A DNA stretch of 64,000 nt from the human T2T-CHM13v2.0 reference genome, Homo sapiens. Positions 1-7,329 of the stretch are shown piece after piece. Location of the stretch: assembly GCF_009914755.1 (NCBI RefSeq), contig NC_060946.1; one strand, 5' to 3'. The position numbers and the translations under genes are program-made. How positions within the stretch are numbered: position 1 is the stretch's first letter; every line of letters begins with the position of its first letter. The notes below the pieces were generated by a model. That model was given only the letters and a program-made list of their open reading frames with translations. It was not told where the DNA came from and searched no databases.

Positions 1-37
1 GGGCCCCTTAAGGAAATGGAAATCAACCAACCAATGG

Positions 38-62
38 GACAGACAGACAGACAGACAGACAG
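38..62 (+). repeat. (GACA)6 microsatellite, one per unit
   Basis: Directly visible. Confidence 0.95.
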
Positions 63-809
63 AGATTCACTTGCCCAAGTGTTCTGTCCTGTCCTCTGAA
101 TCCGCTTTCAAGTCGCAAGACGCTGTGAGCTCCAAGTCCACGCAGAGTCCGCCAAACGCTCCGGCCGCTGATCCGCTCCGCGAAGATCTGAGTACAGGCC
201 AGCCAGGGTGGGTTTAAATAGCCTCGGGCGCAGCCTAGCAGCGGAAAGGGCGGAGCTTCACTCCTCCTTTCCATCAGTCACCCCCAACTTTCCCAGGCTA
301 CACCTCGTAGGAAACTGTTCTCCTGCTTTGATTTCATGCGCCACCTTTGGGACAATCTAAGAACTTACAGGTTTTCTTGGCCAGATTTATTAGGAATTGT
401 ATGCACTGAAACACTGAAAACCAACTAGTGGTTCTGTGCTTCCCACGTTGTGGTTTTGACACCAGCAGCATCCTTGCCACAATCAAACCCCGGAGATCCG
501 CAGATCTGTGTTGTAACAAGACCTCCCCCTGACCCTGATGCATGGCAGTTGAAGAAGTCTTTCCGTGTAAGCGAAAAGACTTTGAAGAAAAGGTGGAGAT
601 ATGCGTAGTATAAACATTCTTTGGCTCTGGAACCACGTAGAGACTTGGGAGCCAGTTGGGTGGAGCATTCGTTGGATGAGGGTGCTCGGGTTAGGAATAT
701 CAAGGTGTGGCTCCAGATAATGCAATCATCTAATTAAGATTCCAGTTATGCTCATCTGTTTTAAAATTCCGTTTGGGTAAATTCTTTTAGTCAGACTGAG
801 AATGGCAAA

Positions 810-1270
810 GCCTCAACCCCAATTTCCAGGGAGGGTGGAGAGCCTCAGGTGGAGTTGATCACCAATAGCCTATGGTTTAACCCATCATGCCTATAGAATG
901 AGGTCTCCATCAAAACCCAAAAGGACTGGGTTCAGAGAGCTTCTGGATAACACTTCCTGGAAGGTAGTGCACCCCTCCCCGCATGCCGGGCCCCACATTT
1001 ATTTCTGAACCTTGTGCAATGTCCGCTAAAATACAACGGCAAATGTAAGTGTTTCCCTGCGTGCTGTGAGCTCTTCCAGCAAATGAATGCAACTAAATCT
1101 GGGAGTGGTGGCAACCTGATTTATAGCCAGTTGCTGAGAAGCACAGGTAAAACAACGTAGGGCTTCCCATTGTTATTGGTGTGGGAGGCCTGTCTGGCGG
1201 GACTCGGCCCTTTGGAATCTAATGCTATGTCCCGGTAGATAGCGTCACCATTGAATTAGAAGACACACAT
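810..1270 (+). mobile_element. MER21-family LTR fragment (ERVL-related), one per unit
   Basis: Recalled MER21 consensus segments: ggagttgatcaccaat, catgccta..aatgag..ctccat.aaaacccaaaaggac.gggttc.gagagcttc, gtaagtgtttccctg, ggtagatag.gtca..attgaatt. Boundaries approximate. Confidence 0.75.
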
Positions 1271-1439
1271 ATGTGGAGAATAATCTTTCTGGTCATTTAC
1301 TGCATGTCATATTTACAATATGTAATCAAATTCTTTATCCTGACCTTATGGCACCTGGGTTTAGGACCATGATTTGAACCAAACGTTGGTCTGTCACTTT
1401 CTGAGTTTGAAACTTTATTTTGCCTTTAGCGTTTTGCTA

Positions 1440-1740
1440 TTGCTTTTTCGTTTTCTTTTGTTTCGTTTCGTTTCTAAGTTCTGGGGTATATGTGCAGGAT
1501 GTGCAGATTTGTTACTAAGGTAAACGTGTGCCATGGTGGTTTGCTGCACCTGTCAACCCGTCACCTAGGTATTAAGCCCAGCATGCAGTAGCTGTTTTTC
1601 TTAACGCTCTGCCTCCCGAAAGGCCCCAGTGTGTGTTGTTCCCCTTCCTGTGTCCATGGGATCTCACTTTTCAGCTCCCATTATAAGTGAGAAGGTGGCG
1701 TTTGGTTTTCTTTCCCTGGATTAGTTTGCTGACGATAATG
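1440..1740 (-). mobile_element. 5'-truncated primate L1PA 3' end with degenerate poly(A) tail, one per unit
   Basis: T-rich tail followed by the classic antisense L1PA 3'UTR: taagttctgggg.atatgtgcaggatgtgcag.tttgttac..aggtaaacgtgtgccatggtggtttgctgcacc...cagctccca.ttataagtgagaa...ttagtttgctga.gataatg. Confidence 0.9.
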
Positions 1741-2130
1741 ACCACACATCACCACTGTTTTTGTTTTTTAGTATAAAGAGTAGTATTTTATTGAATAAGA
1801 TTTGCTCACAGAAAAATAAGCTTAAATCTACAATGAATGCCAGACCCTACAGCAGAAAGCAATTTTCTCACTTTTCCACACACAATGGTTCCTACTAAGT
1901 GAAAAAAAAGCCATAAAATTTCATTCACAAATGTACTACTCTGTCTCAAAACATCTCACGTAATCATGCACTGTACTAAAGCCATCAGATCAGTTCTTCA
2001 GTCAGGTTAAAGAAGTATCCCTCTAATAACTGACTTTTATAATGCTATCAATATCCACTCCCAATCAGTCTGCCATTGTTAATGGTGTACAGCATTACTG
2101 AATACAACGGAATTGATGACGCCCATATCC

Positions 2131-2245
2131 ACAGACAAACCGTGACTTATGATGGTTTGACTTATGATTTTTCAACGTTATGATGGGTTTATTGGAATAT
2201 TAGATTCGTTTCTGAGTTACACTGGGTTTATGAGTATGCGACCCT
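2131..2245. mobile_element. MER47-like (TcMar-Tigger) DNA transposon remnant, one per unit
   Basis: gacttatgatggtttgacttatgatttttcaacgttatgatgggtttattgg resembles the recalled, CpG-decayed MER47 terminal sequences. Confidence 0.6.
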
Positions 2246-2486
2246 ACACTCCAGAAACAGCTGTATAAGGAAAAACAGGAGTACCTAATAAAAATATGCT
2301 TAGTGACTTGGGATAAACCAATAGATGTTCACAAGTGATGGAGAGTCGTGAAAGAGAGATAGCGGTAAATAGTTACAATAACACAATTTTCCTGCACCTG
2401 TCGAGGATTTCCCCCAAAAAACGCAGAATGTGGGATGCACCTAAGGCATATGAAAGAGAGAGGGCAGAAGGAGTAAGAGAGAAATA

Positions 2487-2604
2487 GGAGGAAGGAAGGA
2501 AGGAAGCAAGCAAGGAAGAAAGGAAGGAAGGAAAGAAGGAAGGAAGGACGGAAGGAAGGAAGGAAGGAAGGAAGGAAGGAAGGAAAGAAGGATGAAAGGA
2601 AGGA
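2487..2604 (+). repeat. Compound (GGAA)n microsatellite, length-variable between units
   Basis: Directly visible. It accounts for most of the unit-length variation and is largest in unit 4 (about 22297-22480). Confidence 0.97.
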
Positions 2605-2659
2605 GAAAACACCGGTGTTACTAAAACCCCCCAAAAAATGGTTTCCCCCTGTGGGTAAG

Positions 2660-2995
2660 CCTACAATGTGGATGAATCTTGAAAATATTGTGCTACGTGT
2701 TATGTCAGTCATAGCAGCTCACCTATTGTGCAATTCCGTTTATAGGAAATGTCCACAATATGGAAATCTATGCCTATGGGATTGATCGCACTAGGTAGTT
2801 GCTACCTAGGGCTGAGGGTCAGGGAGAGGGTTTGAGACAGAATGAGGAGTGACTAATGTCTACAGGGTCTTTCTCTGGTCGGGGGTGATAAGACGTTTTA
2901 CAATGGATTGCGAATTAAAATTGAATGTGCACAACCACAGGTATACTAAAAGCCACTCAATTCATGACCTTTAATGGGGGAATCTTACGTGGCGT
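2660..2995 (+). mobile_element. Old L1M (L1MB/MC/ME-type) 3' fragment, one per unit
   Basis: tacaatgtggatgaatcttgaaaatattgtgcta...attccgtttataggaaatgtcca...ggagtgact...gtatactaaaagccact matches recalled L1M 3'-end motifs. Subfamily not resolved. Confidence 0.7.
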
Positions 2996-3636
2996 AGTCT
3001 CATGGAGACCACGGCAGACATAGTGAGAGAGAAAAAGGTGAGTAAATATCTGAAACGGAGGCAGAAACAGAGAGAATGAAAAGCCCTGTGAATGGAAGGG
3101 AGAGCGAAAAGGGAAAATGGTCCTATTTACAAATGACAGATGTGAAACTGGGGTTCACATCAACAGTGTCACTGCCAGGAAGGAGGGTCATGCTAGCCAT
3201 GTCACCGGTAGTGTGGCCCGCAGGGACGCTGACCTGCTGGAGCGTCGTGCCAGCATGGGCTGTGGCAACCACGTGGGCCAGCAGGAGGTTCCCGCTGCAC
3301 AGCTGTGGGGTGAGGATAGACTGGGTGGTGATATCGGCCATTACAGGGGCCCTCTTCTGCTGGCAAGAGTGTGACAGTAGCAAGTAGATGGACAGGCCTG
3401 CGTGTGAGGACGGAATGCAGGAGGGGTTCTTGTGCGCCTGGGTGTGGGGCCCTCACGGGAACCGTGGAGAAATGGCCAGGTAACTGCGTCATGTGGGCTA
3501 GTAGATTGGCCAGGGCTTCGAACTGAAGGACGATAACGGGGAGTAGCTGTCAGGCCCTGGGAGTGCCTGAGTGTAAGTGGAGATGGGTTTGGGGTCACTG
3601 AGGGATGCGTGGGAGCCATCCCTGTATAGGTACAGG

Positions 3637-6474
3637 TCATAGGGAGATAGTCTCGTGAGGCCTGTGAGTGTCTAGGGTTGTCCTGGGTGCCTGGGGCTGA
3701 CTGTGGCAGAAATCTGGGGAAGGCTGGAGAGAAGCTGGGAGACCCAGGAGAGTCCCTGAAGGCAGGGGTGAAGAGGTGAAAGAAATGGGGGAGGGTTGCA
3801 GTAAGGTCCGTGAGTTTGTAGGTGATTCCTGGGTGCGGGAAGCTGACTCCAGGTGAAATCTGGAGATGGTTGGAGAGTAGCTGAGAGAGACAGAAGAGTC
3901 CCTGAGGGCTGGGGGTGAGAACATGAGGGAGACGGGGGAGTAAGTCAGTGAAATTCGTGAGTTCGGTGGTGTATCGTGGGTGCCTGGAACTGACTCCAGC
4001 TGGAATCTAGAGAAGTTTTGAGAGTAGCTGAAGGAGACACAAGAGTCCCTGTGGGCTGAGGGCAAAGACCTGAGACAGACCAGGGAGGACCTCAGTGAAG
4101 TCTGTGAGTCTGTAGGTGATTCCGGAGTGTGGGAGGCTGACTCCCGCTGAAATCTGGGCGTGGTGGGAGAGTAGGTGGGACAGACAGGAGAGTCCCAGGG
4201 GGCTGGGGGTGACGACGTGAGAGAGACTGGGGAGTAACTCAGTGAAATTGCTGAGTTGGTTGGTGATACCTGGGTGCCTGGAACTGACCCCCGCTGAAAT
4301 CTGGGCATGGTTGGAGAGTAGCTGGGACACACAGGAGAGTCCCTGAGGGCTGGGGGTGAAGACATGAGCGAGACCGGGGAGTAACTGAGTGAAACTGGTG
4401 AGTTTGGTGGTGACTCCGGGGTGCCTGGAACTGACTCCAGCTGAAATGTGGGCGTGGTTGGAGAGTAGCTGGGACAGACAGGAGAGTCCCTGAGGACTGG
4501 TGAAGACATGAGAGAGACTGGAGAGTAATTGAGTGAAATTGGTGAGTTTGGTGGTGATTCCTGGGTGCCTGGAACTGACTCCCGCTGAAGTGTGGGCGTG
4601 GTTGGAGAGTAGCTGGGACACACAGGAGAGTCCCTGAGGGTTGGAGATAAAGACGTGCTAGAGACTGAGGAGTAACTGAGTGAAATTGGTGAGTTTGGTG
4701 GTGATTCCGGGGTGCCTGGAACGGACTCCTGCTGAAATGTGGGCGTGGTTGGAGAGTAGCTGGGACAGACGGGAGAGTCCCTGAGGGATGGTGAAGACAT
4801 GAGAGAGACTGGGGAGTAACGCAGTGAAATTGGTGAGTTTGGTGGTGATTTCTGGGTGCCTGCAACGGACTCCCGCTGAAGTGTGGGCGTGCTTGGAGAG
4901 TAGCTGGGACAGACAGGCGAGTCCCTGAGGGTTGGAGATAAAGACGTGCTAGAGACTGAGGAGTAACTGAGTGAAATTGGTGAGTTTGGTGGTGATTCCG
5001 GGGTGCCTGGAACGGACTCCAGCTGAAATGTGGGCGTGGTTGGAGAGTAGCTGGGACAGACGGGAGAGTCCCTGAGGGATGGTGAAGACATGAGAGAGAC
5101 TGGGGAGTAACGCAGTGAAATTGGTGAGTTTGGTGGTGATTTCTGGGTGCCTGCAACGGACTCCCGCTGAAGTGTGGGCGTGCTTGGAGAGTAGCTGGGA
5201 CAGACAGGCGAGTCCCTGAGGGTTGGAGATAAAGACGTGCTGGAGACTGGGGAGTAACTCAGTGAAAGTGGTGGGCTTGGTGGTGATCCCAGGGTTCCTG
5301 GAACTGACCCGCGCTGAAATGTGGGCGTGGTTGGAGAGTAGCTGGGACAGACTGGAGGGTCCGTAAGGGCTGGGGGTGAAGACGTGAGAGAGACTGGCGA
5401 GGATCTCACTGAGGTCTGTGAGTTTGTAGGTGTTTCTGGGGTGTGGGGTACAGACTCCCGCTGAAATCTGGGCGTAGTTGGAGAGTAGCTGGGACAGACA
5501 GGAGAGTCATGGGTGGCTGGGGGTGAGCTGCTGGATGATGGCAGTAAGAACATATGGTACATTATTGATGAATGAGGTGACTGTGAAGAATCTCCAGAGG
5601 AGGACACGGGAGAACACAATGACATGAGTGACTGTCCTGCTTGGTTAGGAAAGGGAAACGTAAAGTTGTGGAATTCTGTTGATGATGGATGTGAGAGTGG
5701 TGAAGCCCTGCGGGATGATGTAGAGGACTTCCACATCCCTGGTGAGGAGCTGCCCCTTGGGTCTGAGTTTCTGGGAAGGGAGAGGGAGAAGCTGGGTGAG
5801 GCAGGCATGAATCTTGAGGAGTCAGGGCTGGGGGACCGCTCATATTCTCCCGAGACCTGTGAGTCTCTGGGGGACTCCTGGGTGCATGGGGCTGACTCCC
5901 GCAGGAACCTGGGGATGGCTGGAGAGTAACTGGGAGCCACAGGAGGGTCCCTGAGGCCTGGGGGTGAAGAGATGCAAGACACAGGGGTGGAGCAGCGTGA
6001 GGCTCGTGAGTTTGTAGGTGATTCCTGGGTGTGGGGGGCTGACTCCAGCTGAAATCTGGGGTTGTTTGGAGAGTAGCTGGGAGACACAGGAGAACCCCCG
6101 AGAGCTGGGGGTGAGCTGCTGGGTGATGGCAGTAAGAACATGTGGTATATTATTGATGAACGTGGGGACTCTGAGGAGTCCTCAGAGGAGGACACGGCAG
6201 AGCCCAATGGCTTCATTGATTGCCCATCACGGTGAGGACAGGGAAATGGGAGCTTGTGGGATTCTGGTGATGACAGAGGTGAGTGTGGTGAAGCCCTAGG
6301 GGATGGTGAATGGTAGTTCCGGATCCCTGGTGAGGAGCTTCCCCTTAAGCCGGAGTTTCTGAGAGGGGAGAGGGAGAAGCTGGGTGAGGCTCGCATGGAC
6401 CTTGGGGTGTCCGTGCTGGGGGACCGTTCATAAGAAGAGCCAGACAAGACCCTACTGTTCTTAGGTGCAGACAT
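3637..6474 (-). CDS. Ser/Pro-rich repeat protein with Pol II CTD-like YSPTTP motifs, 945-aa frameshift allele (copy 1)
   Basis: 2.8-kb uninterrupted ORF. The ATG has A at -3 (aatcATG) and is the first ATG after the predicted TSS. Internal repeats are 144/147 bp, preserving frame. A G4 run at 3765-3768 shifts the C-terminus. Confidence 0.65.
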   Translation of the reverse strand: MSAPKNSRVLSGSSYERSPSTDTPRSMRASPSFSLSPLRNSGLRGSSSPGIRNYHSPSPRASPHSPLSSPESHKLPFPCPHRDGQSMKPLGSAVSSSEDSSESPRSSIIYHMFLLPSPSSSPPALGGSPVSPSYSPNNPRFQLESAPHTQESPTNSRASRCSTPVSCISSPPGLRDPPVAPSYSPAIPRFLRESAPCTQESPRDSQVSGEYERSPSPDSSRFMPASPSFSLSLPRNSDPRGSSSPGMWKSSTSSRRASPLSHPSSTEFHNFTFPFPNQAGQSLMSLCSPVSSSGDSSQSPHSSIMYHMFLLPSSSSSPPATHDSPVCPSYSPTTPRFQRESVPHTPETPTNSQTSVRSSPVSLTSSPPALTDPPVCPSYSPTTPTFQRGSVPGTLGSPPSPPLSLSYSPVSSTSLSPTLRDSPVCPSYSPSTPTLQRESVAGTQKSPPNSPISLRYSPVSLMSSPSLRDSPVCPSYSPTTPTFQLESVPGTPESPPNSPISLSYSSVSSTSLSPTLRDSPVCPSYSPSTPTLQRESVAGTQKSPPNSPISLRYSPVSLMSSPSLRDSPVCPSYSPTTPTFQQESVPGTPESPPNSPISLSYSSVSSTSLSPTLRDSPVCPSYSPTTPTLQRESVPGTQESPPNSPISLNYSPVSLMSSPVLRDSPVCPSYSPTTPTFQLESVPGTPESPPNSPVSLSYSPVSLMSSPPALRDSPVCPSYSPTMPRFQRGSVPGTQVSPTNSAISLSYSPVSLTSSPPAPWDSPVCPTYSPTTPRFQRESASHTPESPTDSQTSLRSSLVCLRSLPSAHRDSCVSFSYSQNFSRFQLESVPGTHDTPPNSRISLTYSPVSLMFSPPALRDSSVSLSYSPTISRFHLESASRTQESPTNSRTLLQPSPISFTSSPLPSGTLLGLPASLQPSPDFCHSQPQAPRTTLDTHRPHETISL
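3680..5520 (-). repeat. Coding minisatellite: ~13 contiguous 144/147-bp units (48/49 aa) with a 291-bp dimeric higher-order period in the centre; present in every unit
   Basis: tagctgggacagacaggcgagtcc occurs at 4901 and 5192 (291 bp apart). The protein repeats DSPVCPSYSP..P.[FL]Q.ESV.GT..SPPNSPISL.YS.VS. Confidence 0.95.
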
Positions 6475-6485
6475 GATTAGGAAAC

Positions 6486-6671
6486 CTGCAGCTCCCAGGG
6501 GCCCCCACTAATGTTCTAACTCGCAGAAGGAAGGAGTGTGTGTGCGTGTGTGCGTGTGCGTGTGTGTGTGTGTGTGTTTGTGTGTGTGCGGTGTGAGGTA
6601 TGGGCCCCTTAAGGAAATGGAAATCAACCAACCAATGGGACAGACAGACAGACAGACAGACAGAGATTCAC
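6486..6671 (-). other. Putative 186-bp 5'UTR intron
   Basis: Minus-strand donor CAA|GTGAAT at 6671 and acceptor TGCAG|G at 6486, 11 nt before the ATG. It would enclose the (CA)n and (CTGT)n microsatellites. The polypyrimidine tract is weak. Confidence 0.35.
6536..6596 (+). repeat. Interrupted (GT)n microsatellite, one per complete unit
   Basis: gtgtgtgtgcgtgtgtgcgtgtgcgtgtgtgtgtgtgtgtgtttgtgtgtgtgcggtgtg; 2 bp shorter at the ends of units 3 and 7. Confidence 0.95.
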
Positions 6672-6785
6672 TTGCCCAAGTGTTCTGTCCTGTCCTCTGA
6701 ATCCGCTTTCAAGTCGCAAGACGCTGTGAGCTCCAAGTCCACGCAGAGTCCGCCAAACGCTCCGGCCGCTGATCCGCTCCGCGAA

Positions 6786-6856
6786 GATCTGAGTACAGGC
6801 CAGCCAGGGTGGGTTTAAATAGCCTCGGGCGCAGCCTAGCAGCGGAAAGGGCGGAG
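6786..6856 (-). promoter_or_regulatory. Core promoter of the long ORF: GC box, TATA-like box and Inr; predicted TSS 6790 (189 in unit 1; same offset in all units)
   Basis: Minus-strand TATTTAAA at 6821-6814. Inr TCAGATC at 6792-6786 is an exact YYANWYY match with A+1 31 nt from the first T of the TATA. GGGCGGAG GC box at 6849-6856. The region is locally CpG-rich. Confidence 0.6.
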
Positions 6857-7318
6857 CTTCACTCCTCCTTTCCATCAGTCACCCCCAACTTTCCCAGGCT
6901 ACACCTCGTAGGAAACTGTTCTCCTGCTTTGATTTCATGCGCCACCTTTGGGACAATCTAAGAACTTACAGGTTTTCTTGGCCAGATTTATTAGGAATTG
7001 TATGCACTGAAACACTGAAAACCAACTAGTGGTTCTGTGCTTCCCACGTTGTGGTTTTGACACCAGCAGCATCCTTGCCACAATCAAACCCCGGAGATCC
7101 GCAGATCTGTGTTGTAACAAGACCTCCCCCTGACCCTGATGCATGGCAGTTGAAGAAGTCTTTCCGTGTAAGCGAAAAGACTTTGAAGAAAAGGTGGAGA
7201 TATGCGTAGTATAAACATTCTTTGGCTCTGGAACCACGTAGAGACTTGGGAGCCAGTTGGGTGGAGCATTCGTTGGATGAGGGTGCTCGGGTTAGGAATA
7301 TCAAGGTGTTTCTCCAGA

Positions 7319-7329
7319 TAATCCAATCA
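7319..7329 (+). promoter_or_regulatory. DUX4-consensus double-homeodomain site TAATCCAATCA
   Basis: Matches TAAYYYAATCA. Also at 13928, 20527, 27196, 47013, 53606 and 60224; variant TAATGCAATCA at 718, 33801 and 40406. Confidence 0.5.

Noticed and set aside
23-1114. Short 60-100-aa ORFs in the promoter/LTR region
   Set aside because: No recognisable domains, and they overlap promoter and LTR sequence. Their recurrence only reflects unit identity.
2329-2712. PSFL-repeat ORFs of 79-135 aa
   Set aside because: They are translations of the (TTCC)n microsatellite plus an L1 fragment, and the frame changes from unit to unit.
3076-3640. Short ORFs on both strands at the 3' end of the gene
   Set aside because: The 99-aa and 96-aa ORFs are the frameshift-detached tail of the long ORF. 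The others are shadow frames whose length changes with the same indel.
4007-5156. Overlapping 204-aa and 305-aa minus-strand ORFs (and their copies)
   Set aside because: These are alternative frames of the coding minisatellite, open because the repeat period is a multiple of three and the strand is C-rich.
3680-5520. CRISPR-like repeat-spacer array
   Set aside because: The context is eukaryotic, the intervening sequences are themselves homologous, and no cas genes are present.
3637-6474. Calling the ORF POLR2A/RPB1 or an RPB1 pseudogene
   Set aside because: There are no polymerase domains and no tandem heptads. The similarity is limited to isolated YSPT-like motifs within a 48/49-aa repeat.
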